A stretch of DNA of 49,119 bases from Halocafeteria seosinensis (Eukaryota): positions 1 to 49,119 of the forward strand of contig LVLI01000240.1 of NCBI GenBank assembly GCA_001687465.1, given 5' to 3'. The notes beneath the pieces were generated by a model. The model did no database searches. It had not been told where the DNA came from and was given only the letters and a program-made list of their open reading frames with translations. The number at the start of each line of letters is the position of its first letter. Position 1 is the stretch's first letter. Of this stretch, positions 13,078-23,527 are shown piece by piece. The position numbers and the translations under genes were made by a program.

Positions 13078-13440
13078 GACCAATAGAAAAGCAAGTTCTG
13101 TTATGTGTTGTAGAATGCAGTTACCTACAGATAGAAAAATTATAGCTGGGAAGCGTAAACGAAGCTCCCTAGTAGGGACATGCCCAGCCGTTTCAAGTTG
13201 AAAGTATTGAAATTTTGTCTCCGATTGTTGTAGCTGCAGAAACGTGACTCAATATAGGAGGATCCTTCCTACCCAGATGTTCTTACCTCCACCGGCACTC
13301 TGCTTGCGTACTGTGAGATACCGGAGAGTGTGGTGCGTAGCCTATGTCCCTGAATCGTTACAAAGCATTTTGGACGAGGTTGATGTCCCATTCTACCACT
13401 ATACTGTCAGCTATTCTGGCTAACTGCGGAGCAGGAGTTC
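13078..13440. repeat. Diverged direct duplicate, copy B, in the 3' flank of the GLUG-repeat gene
   Basis: Collinear with 10378-10730. Best block is 13189-13284 versus 10499-10587. Confidence 0.75.
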
Positions 13441-13488
13441 TTTTCGGTAGTCGAGTCAAAGGTTTTGGGCTCATACGTATTTTCAACC

Positions 13489-16400
13489 TCACGTTCTCCG
13501 TTTGACGGATCTTTTCGCTCTTTGGGCGTTTAGAACCTTGCGTTTTAGGGACGCGCTCGATTTTAACGGGAGCAAGGACGGATGGAGGTCGGCGAAAGTA
13601 CTATTTGGACTGAAACTTGACCGTGGCTCCATAGACTTAGCCGAAGCAGATGGGCTTGTTGGTGGACTTCTGGACGAAAATGGCGATGCGGAGGATGCAC
13701 TCAGTTCGGCAGTACCCTTGCTTGGGGAATGATTCACACTTTGCGAACTGCTGGAGAGCGGCAGGACCGAAAACGTGCTTGACGGTGACTTCGACACATA
13801 TTCCGATGGGGACGGAGAAGACGAGGGCGATGAGGTTGTAGACAAAGTCGGAGAAGAGGTAGTCGATACGGAGGGCGAAGCGCTCCGTAGTTGGAAGCGC
13901 AATATAGGCAACGCGTTATCGCTCGCGTTACTATTATTTAGAGCCCATGTTTCTTCGGACCATACTTTGGTATCATTGAAATGGTACAATCGTCCACAAA
14001 TTTCTCCTAAATCCCCAGAATTACCGTTTAGTTGGACAGTGATTTCTGGTGAATCGGCTCCGACCAATGAGGAGGGAAATGTTTCCGACTCTTTGTATAC
14101 TGAATAGTTGACTTGAAGAATTCTTTTGTCGCGAATAACAAGCTCCCCTACAAGCCCGCCGGCATCTACCCCTGAAACCCGACCGGAACTATAACTATTC
14201 ACTATGTGGACATTGCCCAATGTATCAATTCCATCACGACCGCCTGTTGTCCCCCCACATATACCGCCAGCTTTCGTTCCGCGCGTCTCGCCCGTAGTAT
14301 AGCAATTAGTGACCGATATGCTGCCTTCGTGTCCACCTGCGTTTCCCCCAACTATCCCCCCACTCTCTTCGCCTACAACATGCCCCGTACTGTAGCATTC
14401 CCCGATATATACTGATCCACCCCCCCACGCGGAATGACTACCTACAATACCACCGCTTCTTGCCCTCGCCTCAGTTCCATCGATATTCCCGATGGAATAC
14501 GACTGAGTAATGTATATTTGACCATTGCCAACACCCGCAAAAGATCCACAAATCCCACCGGCTTTCTCTCTGATACGCGCACTGGAGTGACAATTGGTTA
14601 CGTTGACGACACCTGAACGAGCCCCAGCGTTTTGCCCTAAAATTCCTCCAGCTTTAGGACTGATTACATTTCCCAGGGAGGCCGAGTTTGACACCAGAAT
14701 ATAACCAGAATCCAGACCACATGCATATCCACAGATACCCCCAGCCTCTTTTCTAGGTGTGCCTGATGAGCTACACGATTCAATTTTGNAGAAGTTTTGA
14801 TTTTTCTGAACAATAAAACCGCCTCTAAATGCAGCGAACCCTCCCTTCGTATGTACGTTTCGAATCAATGGGGCTTCATTAAAAGAATTCACACCCTCAA
14901 TTGTAAAAAGTCCTTCGAAATTCCTCATTCCATTCAAGTCTATGATGTTACCATCCCCTCCGTCGAACGTTTCGCCCGCCCGAAGGGAGATGTAATGTTC
15001 ATTACTATACTGGTGCTCCGCTGATGCCCATACAAGAACACTACAATTCAAGCGAAACAGGTTACGTCCCATCTCGTATTCGAAGCAGAGCTCTTTACCA
15101 GCCACAATACTATCTCTCAAATCGTGAGGCGGTGGAGGGGGTAATTGAAAACGCAAGACGGGGAGCTTATTGCAGTAGCCATTTAATGCCCAGCGTTGTG
15201 CTGACCATACTTGGGAGCTATCAAAGTGATAGAATTTGCCTTGGATCCTTTCCAAGTTCCCAGAGTTTCCATGAGAAGTATCGGAGAGTTTGTTCGCTCC
15301 AATTCCAACCAGCGCTGCTGGTTCTCTATAGACCGAGTACTTTACTTGAATGACACCAGTCGCATCCTTGTCTATATGTCCTATAATACCACCAGACGCA
15401 TTACCAGTCACAAAGCCTGAGGCGTAGGTATTCTTTATGAATACACTACCTGTAGGATCTCGCGGTTGGCCACCGGTCGTCGCTCCAGAGATGCCACCAG
15501 CACGCTCACCGCTAATATTCCCGCTGCTATAGCAGTTTGTAATGTGGACGATTCCGGCCTTTTCCGCTGTATCATCTCCTACGATACCTCCACTATTTGG
15601 CGAAGATATCTTGCCCGTGCTATAGCATTCTTTAATGTAGACAGAACCGAGCCTCCATCCCGCATCACTGCCCACAATACCTCCACTCTTGCCCCACTTT
15701 ACACTGTCACCCGTGGAAAAAGATTTTGACACATATGCGCTACCATTCTTACTCCCTGCAAATGACGCACAGATTCCACCAGCCTGGGACCCTTCTACAT
15801 TGCCTGTGGAGTTGCACTGTGTTATCTTAGCAAGCCCCTTTCTCGTTCCCGCATGAGCGCCTGCTATACCACCCGTTCCAGGCCCCTGAATCCTACCTGT
15901 TGAATAAGAGTTAGCGATTTCAATCTTACCTCCATCACGTCCACACTCGTATCCGCATATACCACCCGCTTTGGGATGCTCTATAGACCCTGAAGAGCTA
16001 CACGATTCTGCCACAAAGAACTTCTGCTTTTGCTGGATAACAAAGCCACTGAGTCGGGAAGTAGCACCGTCTATCATATGCACATTTCGAATCACTGGAG
16101 CTTCATCAAAAGACTTTACACCCTCAATTGTAAACAGACCTTCGAAATCCCTCATTCCATTCAAGTCGATAACATTTCCATCGCCCCCATCGAACGTCTC
16201 GTTGGCACGAAGAGAGATGTAATGTTCATTGCTGTACTGATTTTCCGCTGATACCCAGACAAGGACGCTACAGTTCAATTGGAATAGCTGATGCTCCGCA
16301 TTATACTCAAAACAGAGTTCTTTACCCTTCATGATGTTGTCTCTCAAATCTTTAGGTGGTGGGGTGGGTAACTGAAAGCGTAGAATGGGGAACTCCCTAC

Positions 16401-18021
16401 CACTGCTCCCGTTCAACGCCCAGCGTCGTTCTGACCATACCTGTATACCGCGAACGTGATACAATGTGCCTCGGATTGTTTCCAAGTTTCCAGCGTTTCC
16501 TTTTGAAGTATGGCAAAGCTTGCCCACCCCAATTCCAACAAAGGAGGTAGGGAATGTTAGTGGCTCTCTGTACACTGAATGCTTGACTTTGACGACAGCA
16601 CTATTATTCGCAATCGTTCCTATGAGACCCCCAGCTTCACTACCATGAATAAATCCAGTAGCATAACTGTTCGTGATACGTACTTCGCCGGTTGCACTAC
16701 CAGGTGCACCGCCGCTCCGTACGCCACTAAGGCCTCCCGATGTGTAACCACTAATATTTCCCTGGCTGTAACAACTACTTATGTGTACGAGTCCGCCTTC
16801 TTCTGCTGCGTCATCGCCAACAATCCCACCGCTCTGAGTAGCTATCATGGCTCCGCTGCTATAGCATTCCCCAATGTACGCATACCCACCTAATGAACCA
16901 CTGTCACCACCTAAGATACCACCTGCTGACGAGCCACCACCTTCGCGCCCAATGTCTCCCGCAGAAAAGGAGTTCGTAACAAAGATGTTTCCTCCATCAC
17001 TACCAGCGAAAGATCCACCAATGCCGCCTGCTTGTATCCCTTCGATATTGCCGGTGGAAGAGCAATTGGTTATGTTCACCTTTCCCCGCCCCCCTCCTAT
17101 CCGTCTTCCACCTATACCACCCGCATTTGTACCTGCAACGACTCCTGTTGAGTGTGAATTCACGACTCTAATTTCCCCTCCATTGCTTCCGCATCTATTG
17201 CCACATATGCCTCCACCATTGTGTGTAATAGTACCTGAAGAGCTACATGCTTGTACCGTGAAAAACCTTTGCTGTTCACGAAAAATGAATCCACCACGCC
17301 TAGCCGTTGTACCATTCCTAACGTGCATATCCAGGATTAAAGGCGCTTCCTCAAAGAAATGGACATCTTCAATCTTGAATATTCCATGGAAAGCTGTAGT
17401 GCCAGTCAAATCGATAATGTTTCCTTGTCCATTGAACGTCTCATTGGCTCGCAGAGAAATGTAATCATGGTCATTGTATTGCCACTCTAAACCTGCCCAC
17501 ACCACGGTGCAGTTGGCGGTGAACAGGTTCTGAAAGGGGATGTAGTACAAACACGGCTCTGTCCCATCTACGACGCTACTCCTCAAATCGGTAGCCCAAC
17601 CCGAGGAGACCATGAGTAAAAGCATAAAAAGTGATAGAGATATCGCTCTTGGCGATGTGTGTTCCTGTAAGTGAGACCACGAGCGCGGAAATCTTCTTCC
17701 ATGCTGGAGAGATACTTCAACAGTTTGCTTACTGCCGGAACCTTGTATTCCGTTGTCGATGGACGCCCGGACATGATTATTGAACGACAGAATCAAACTG
17801 CTTATCATGATAAGGGGCCACGTAAGAGCTATTGGGTTGCACATCCTATTCAAGGGCTTTATTTGCTGGGTTGTGGCTTGGCTTCCTTCCATTTCCCATG
17901 CTGAAGGTGAGTCGTCTGGTTTGACGGCCGTCTGTCTCACCTGCTTCAGATCCGCGGTCCGAGTGTTCCGAAGTCGTATTTCGTTGTACAGTGCCCCCAT
18001 CACACCGCATTGGCACATCAC
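13489..18021 (-). CDS. Large probably secreted or surface protein with three ~410-aa modules of GLUG-like Gly-rich repeats and a Ser/Thr/Pro-rich tail
   Basis: Uninterrupted 1510-codon ORF. Modules start at DLR (17589, 16350, 15123) and end W..xxWALN...PILRFQL. Repeated unit I..CYS.G.I....GGI.G. Hydrophobic segment SLFMLLLMVSSGWA precedes module 1, so the true start may be downstream of 18021. One N at 14789. Confidence 0.85.
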   Translation of the reverse strand: MMCQCGVMGALYNEIRLRNTRTADLKQVRQTAVKPDDSPSAWEMEGSQATTQQIKPLNRMCNPIALTWPLIMISSLILSFNNHVRASIDNGIQGSGSKQTVEVSLQHGRRFPRSWSHLQEHTSPRAISLSLFMLLLMVSSGWATDLRSSVVDGTEPCLYYIPFQNLFTANCTVVWAGLEWQYNDHDYISLRANETFNGQGNIIDLTGTTAFHGIFKIEDVHFFEEAPLILDMHVRNGTTARRGGFIFREQQRFFTVQACSSSGTITHNGGGICGNRCGSNGGEIRVVNSHSTGVVAGTNAGGIGGRRIGGGRGKVNITNCSSTGNIEGIQAGGIGGSFAGSDGGNIFVTNSFSAGDIGREGGGSSAGGILGGDSGSLGGYAYIGECYSSGAMIATQSGGIVGDDAAEEGGLVHISSCYSQGNISGYTSGGLSGVRSGGAPGSATGEVRITNSYATGFIHGSEAGGLIGTIANNSAVVKVKHSVYREPLTFPTSFVGIGVGKLCHTSKGNAGNLETIRGTLYHVRGIQVWSERRWALNGSSGREFPILRFQLPTPPPKDLRDNIMKGKELCFEYNAEHQLFQLNCSVLVWVSAENQYSNEHYISLRANETFDGGDGNVIDLNGMRDFEGLFTIEGVKSFDEAPVIRNVHMIDGATSRLSGFVIQQKQKFFVAESCSSSGSIEHPKAGGICGYECGRDGGKIEIANSYSTGRIQGPGTGGIAGAHAGTRKGLAKITQCNSTGNVEGSQAGGICASFAGSKNGSAYVSKSFSTGDSVKWGKSGGIVGSDAGWRLGSVYIKECYSTGKISSPNSGGIVGDDTAEKAGIVHITNCYSSGNISGERAGGISGATTGGQPRDPTGSVFIKNTYASGFVTGNASGGIIGHIDKDATGVIQVKYSVYREPAALVGIGANKLSDTSHGNSGNLERIQGKFYHFDSSQVWSAQRWALNGYCNKLPVLRFQLPPPPPHDLRDSIVAGKELCFEYEMGRNLFRLNCSVLVWASAEHQYSNEHYISLRAGETFDGGDGNIIDLNGMRNFEGLFTIEGVNSFNEAPLIRNVHTKGGFAAFRGGFIVQKNQNFXKIESCSSSGTPRKEAGGICGYACGLDSGYILVSNSASLGNVISPKAGGILGQNAGARSGVVNVTNCHSSARIREKAGGICGSFAGVGNGQIYITQSYSIGNIDGTEARARSGGIVGSHSAWGGGSVYIGECYSTGHVVGEESGGIVGGNAGGHEGSISVTNCYTTGETRGTKAGGICGGTTGGRDGIDTLGNVHIVNSYSSGRVSGVDAGGLVGELVIRDKRILQVNYSVYKESETFPSSLVGADSPEITVQLNGNSGDLGEICGRLYHFNDTKVWSEETWALNNSNASDNALPILRFQLRSASPSVSTTSSPTLSTTSSPSSSPSPSEYVSKSPSSTFSVLPLSSSSQSVNHSPSKGTAELSASSASPFSSRSPPTSPSASAKSMEPRSSFSPNSTFADLHPSLLPLKSSASLKRKVLNAQRAKRSVKRRT

Positions 18022-18810
18022 AGCAGTACTCTGCTGTAATACTGTTCATTCAACTGGTTGTTCGTGAGTCTACTTCTGGCGGAGAATAAACGGAATGAGT
18101 CACCATGCGACGCGGCCTGTACAGTACAACCTGGTCTCCTTACGCGGTGGCTTCCACCTCAGCGGCTCAGCCTGACTGCGCTTTGCTGTAGCTTAGCAAG
18201 GCAAATTGGACTAAACACTTAGCCAATGCTTCGAACAAATCCAATTTGGTGCTGTTAAATTCGTTGAGTCCCACTGTTGAAGGTTTTGGTGTTCTGCAGT
18301 TCGCAGCAAGTGCAATTGCGTTCGCAGGTTAAAATCGCACCCCAAAGTTACACCCACCACTCCGTTCAGTAGTAGGAAAATAAAAGTAAAAAACCTTGTA
18401 GCTATGAAAAGAATGAACAACTTTAACCTCAACAACTAAAAGTCGCCTGCGAATCTTGATAACAGGACATCAATCATTGCTTTGGAGAATCCCGGTCGGC
18501 CGAATCGTCTGAGGCGGGCGCAAGAGGAAGAAGATAATGCTCAGCCAAAAGCGCGATAGAAATGTTTTTTATAGTACTATTTACTACTTAAAACTCACAT
18601 CAGGGTTCACTGCTCCAGTGGGTTTGGAAACTAAATGGGAATATCCAGTACCACTGTATCTTCGTGTCAAGAGTGGATAAGCCTGGACCTCAGAGTGCGA
18701 TGTGGAGAGCACAAATCGTGACTATGCACGCGCTACAGCGTTCCTGCGCTGAGATGAAATCCACTCTGTCGTGTTGTGCTCGTACAGCGTTCTCATTCTT
18801 AGTACCTAGT

Positions 18811-18915
18811 ACGTGAAGAAGCTGGACCGGTTCCGGGTAGGGTTCACCCCTCACACAGCTTAGCGTAGCCCGTAGAAGCAGACACGTCTTCCGGTAGGGG
18901 CAATACAATACACAC
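18811..18915. repeat. Dispersed ~105-bp intergenic repeat, copy 1
   Basis: ACGTGAAGA..CGGTTCCGGGTAGG.TTCA.CCC..TTAGCGTAGCC.GTAGA..TCTTCCGGTA...GCAATAC.AATACACAC shared with 22765-22872. Confidence 0.85.
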
Positions 18916-19226
18916 TTAGTGCTTGTGCGGGTGTATCCCGTTTTCTCCAACTACAACGTAGGAGCAATACCAATATACACACAACGCTAGACAGCGATAC
19001 TTGGAACCGCTCCAGCATTCTCACATTGTGGCGCGAGGCACCTTGATTCAGTGGCTCGGTGCTTTCCCGGAAGTCCTCTTCGGGAAATTGACGGCGTCTT
19101 CACACTAGTAGTGTGGTATGTACTATTACACCGTATGGCCTACCGGCTAATTAGAACTAGTTAGGAGATCTTAGTGTTTCGCCTTCGAAAATTTTTGTTG
19201 ACGCTCGGGAAAGGAGAAACGCGGAA

Positions 19227-19703
19227 TTGGACTGGCAGATCAAGCAGGAGTTAGAGGAAATCCTAAGGACAGATACTCTCCGTCAAAAATTATATTCTAC
19301 GGCGTGTGAATTGGTACGGCCAAAAATGGGCAGCGAAAGGCTAGTGAACGCGCTCGAGATCTTGTTTCCAGAGCAGATCCCCATAAACAGCGTAGTCATG
19401 ATTCATAAACCCTTGGGACCACGAGAAGATGCTACCAAGGGTGGCTCCGACTTCTATATTTGGGCCGGGTGCTTTAACCCTGAGTGTCCCAAAACTGGCA
19501 AAAAAGCTACGAGATTTCTTGACTGCCGCGAACTCTGTGATTTTCATACCACAGTTATGGTGACGTTGAATCATTTCGAGATCGTAGATTGCGTAAGTTC
19601 GTCATTCGATTCTGGCGAACAGAAAACCCCGCAGCCAGATGAAGATGGGCGGAAAGAAGAGGAAAAATACAGGGTTTGTGCAGCAGGATCAAAACTTGGC
19701 TAA
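19227..19703 (+). CDS. Hypothetical protein, start uncertain
   Basis: 158-codon ORF with globular-protein-like composition. No family recognised, and the track start is not an ATG. Confidence 0.35.
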   Translation: MDWQIKQELEEILRTDTLRQKLYSTACELVRPKMGSERLVNALEILFPEQIPINSVVMIHKPLGPREDATKGGSDFYIWAGCFNPECPKTGKKATRFLDCRELCDFHTTVMVTLNHFEIVDCVSSSFDSGEQKTPQPDEDGRKEEEKYRVCAAGSKLG

Positions 19704-20368
19704 TGGTTAGTGACGCAAGTCCTGGTCACCATATTCTTAGGGTCCCATATTCTCATGTGTCGGGCTGAAACAGCCCATATCAAGATGGCATCGTGGGCAA
19801 ATTCAAGAGTTGGTAACATGAGCTTAATGCAAACATAGCACAAACGCTTCTTCATGTGCGTCTCTACAGACGTGCTGTTTCACACAAGTATAATAGTACT
19901 TATAGTGTGTCCTTTCTACCTAGCAATCCCGCTTAGGTGAGATAATGGAGCAGTGAGCGGCGGAGTCTTACATGATAGAGTCTCAGGTCCCGCTGCGGAG
20001 CTGTCGTCAGCGATAGTGAAAAACAGCCGCCGGTGTCACGAGAACCTCGCCCAGCAGCTTGGACGCGGCGCACTCTAAAGGGACAGCATCCCCCATATCG
20101 TTAGTCGTCATCCTGTTCATCGCCGCGCATTCTTCTGACGAATCACAACTCAAAGGCCGCATGTATCCTACGACAACTTGGAATGGGAATCAGCGTCTGG
20201 GGTTAGACAGTATCTTACGTATGCATGTGACCCGTGATAACATGGAAATCTTTATACATGACAGAAATCACCTGGATTACAGGCCTAAACAAATGTAGAA
20301 AGCGCTGACGAGAAGGTGGTAAACACCAAAACTCCTCTTATCCGATTAGCCTTATGTCAATCCCTCAT

Positions 20369-21916
20369 CTATTCATCAGTATCCCAGCCGGCCTGATCGA
20401 GCGGAAGAGCTCCAACAGGAGAAGCAAATCGTAACCCGACTTTATCTGGAACTGCAGCATTGGGCGCTTCACGCTTCTTCACCGTTGACACGTTATATAT
20501 CTCGCTCTGAGTTTCGGCTTCAGATGATTTCAACTTCCTTGGACGAGTCCCCGCTGGATTTTTCTTGGCACGCGTATCTTTGGAGCTCTGACGTGTATAT
20601 CCGTGGGCGGATAGGTCACTATTTTCTAAAACTTGCTCTCTAGCGCTTATGACTTCCGTCTCAGGGTGAGAGGGAGTTTTGACTTTGGCGCTTGCCGCAG
20701 ACATTTTGCTCGCCTCATTCAATTCTGTTCCGATAGAATCAGTACGCCCTTCAGTGGCTGCCTCCGAACGGATTTCAGTACTCCGTTCTCTATGGGTATC
20801 AACAATGCTACTTTCCGTAAGACGGTGTTTCTTGTCTAATCGCTGTGGTTTTACTCGGATGGCATCCGAAGATCCTCCCTTAGACTCAGTGCTGGTAGCA
20901 CTAATCTCCCTCCGGGAACGCTTGCCTCTTGGATTTCCCATCACCCGCACATTGTCAATCATTTGTACCGCGGGGAATACCCTTCTGATAAGATCCGCAT
21001 AACTCATAGATTGGCGTAAACTTTCGGCACGTTGAGGTGAGACTCCCTCATTCGACGAAATAGAGGTGCAAGAATTGGCGTATGATTGCGTTAGCTTGTC
21101 GTCGCCAGCAACAGGGTTGCCTTGGATGACTACATGGCGCAGTCCTTTCAGTGCCAGAAGGGGACCCAGTGAAGGATAGTCAGAAATTTGGTTGCTTCCG
21201 ACATCTACCATCCTGAGGTGGTCTGCAACATATATCATCACGGACTATGGTGCACACCATAACGGGGATGCAGCTTCCACCGTCCTTACTCATTGATCGT
21301 ATGCCATCTGGCACATTGCGAAGCTGGTTGTCGTTCAACCTTAACTCTTGGAGACCGTAAAGGTGACTAATTGCTGGAAACGTTCCCAACCTATTGTGCG
21401 CTCTGTAGGTTGCATCCAGGAAGTTATTTGGGGAAATGTGCTGCAGTCTCATGCAACATACTTACATCGAGAGCTTGGCTAATTTCGGCATACTCTTTAG
21501 AGGACCATGTTCGATACTCTCCAATTTATTGTGTGATAAGACTAAAGTATTCAGCTCTCCCAAATGGCCCACGTTCTCCAATTTTCTTATTTTGCATTCA
21601 GGACAGAGAGCTCTTCGAGATCCTTTATATCGGTGAGACTTTCACTGCATAATCCACATCCGGCTACATTGAGCCAGGTCAGTCGGGGAGCTATATCAGC
21701 CAAACCATGCAGGGTTTTCAGTGCAGGGTTTTCAGCAAGGTTCAGTTTACGCAGAATCTTCCCATGGTCGGAAGCAGATGCTGTCTGCTCCTGTATAGCT
21801 TCCTGAATTCTGTTATAAAGTGTATCGGCGGTCAATCCTTGGTTTTTGAGGTCAATGACGAGTTCGTGCTCTTTCGTGCTCGTTTTGCGCTTACTTCCCG
21901 AGTCTTTACGGCCCAT
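20369..21916 (-). CDS. Leucine-rich-repeat protein (SDS22-like repeats) with a low-complexity basic C-terminus, multi-exon
   Basis: LRKLNLAEN, LTWLNVAGC, LSVLNAK, LQELRLNDNQL, LRMVDVGSNQI, LRHVVIQGNPV and an LRR-cap-like FPAVQMIDN. Confidence 0.85.
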
Positions 21917-22764
21917 TCTGCATGCCAAACTCCTCGCGAGATACTGAAACTAACTACCACCCTATTATAAATACTGACAATCCATGACTACTAGAAACTA
22001 GTAGCGAGCTCCGCCCAATTCTTGCGACCGGGTACCAGCTATACAGTACCACTGGTACTACAGAATTCACATCCAAAGAAACAAAACAAAACAGGAAGTT
22101 GACACAGAGATCTTCCTGACTGCTGCATCTAAGCAGCCTGGTGGCAAAAGGAGCATTGCAGAATCAGTTAAAGGCTGAGTAGGTCAGTAAGTTACTGACA
22201 ATAACACTCAGTGACTCAGTGACCGTCAGATGGTGATTGGACAACAACAACTTGCAGAACTTGGGTTGCACTTGCACAGTGTGTATTAACGTTGCTTCTT
22301 CCGGAAGAAATTTGCAGTACATGGTAGTCTACATACCACCACCTAGCATCATCAGCTTCTGAAAGTCCACTGGGAGGCGGCAAGAAGGGAACGCCATGCA
22401 AAGGATCCGCCGTCATGACAGGATAGCAGTGGAACTGGAGAACTACATCCTGTATGAGTCAAATGCCAGTGGAGAGAGAGAGAGAGAGATAGGTGCACGT
22501 AGACCCGCGAAACGGAGGAGAAGCGAGACCAGTAACGGACCTAGGTCCTAGTAGTAAAGGTCCGAAGAGCACAGTTAATGTCGATGTGACAGTGCCAAAC
22601 CCATTCACACGAAACAGGCTAGCCAGGACAGCGGGAAGACCCCGTACCGCGGCAGAATCGGAGAGAATCCCCAGGAAAGCACCAGGCTCTTGCTGGGGAA
22701 CAAGGGAGATGCGGAACTTGCGACAGCTGACGATGCCAACCGTCTGCCACGTTAATGCGCCACA

Positions 22765-22872
22765 ACGTGAAGATGTGATGTTGGAGCGGTTCCGGGTAGG
22801 ATTCATCCCCACACGGGTTAGCGTAGCCTGTAGACTACAAATCTTCCGGTAAGAGCAATACTAATACACACC
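22765..22872. repeat. Dispersed ~105-bp intergenic repeat, copy 2
   Basis: Aligns with 18811-18915 in the same orientation. A partial third copy is at 34432-34457. Confidence 0.85.
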
Positions 22873-23527
22873 AAAAATTACTTTACTCATGGGTTTCCAT
22901 ACACTTGGGATTCCAAGCTGCGAAACATCTCACTTTCTTGACTTCTCTGACAGAACGTCTGCAGAGTGCATATATATTATGTTGGGTCCCTTTGCCAGAT
23001 ATTTTGCCTTATGGGGCAACCAATGGATAAATACCACGCGCAACGCTGAGTACAGTGTACAGTGTAGTAGACTTGAGTTCCTCACGAAATTCGGTTTGTG
23101 ACCAGTTGCTATTTGCTACTGGATGTTCACCACAAAATACATCGGACGGTTAAATTTGTGTATGTACAACACTGATGCTTCGCGTAATATCATATAGTAC
23201 ATTTATATTGGAATATTCAGTCTGGTGCTTCAGTTCAAGTTGTAGTGTACAACCCTAATTGACCCACGCAAGTTGTGACGCAACGTACATTATTTTGTCT
23301 TACTCTACCGCGTCGAAGCGTATGTTTGATTGAATGACGAACTATTCGCCGAATCGTACGACACACAGTAGCTCGATGTCAGTATAATGCCTTCTGTAAA
23401 TAGCGAAAGGTGTGCATGCACACTTTGATGGCAGAAAAACACGGACGACGTTAAGCGACTGAGGCCAACGTGCAATATAACAGGCCCACAGGAGGCTTCG
23501 TTCCTGTTATCAGGTACTCTCCCCATC

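Noticed and set aside
13502..17464. Multiple plus-strand Pro-rich ORFs
   Set aside because: Antisense shadows of the Gly-rich GLUG gene.
18831..18880. tRNA-like look of GGGTAGGGTTCACCCC in the dispersed repeat
   Set aside because: No cloverleaf or proper A and B boxes could be built, and the second copy alters the GGTTC.
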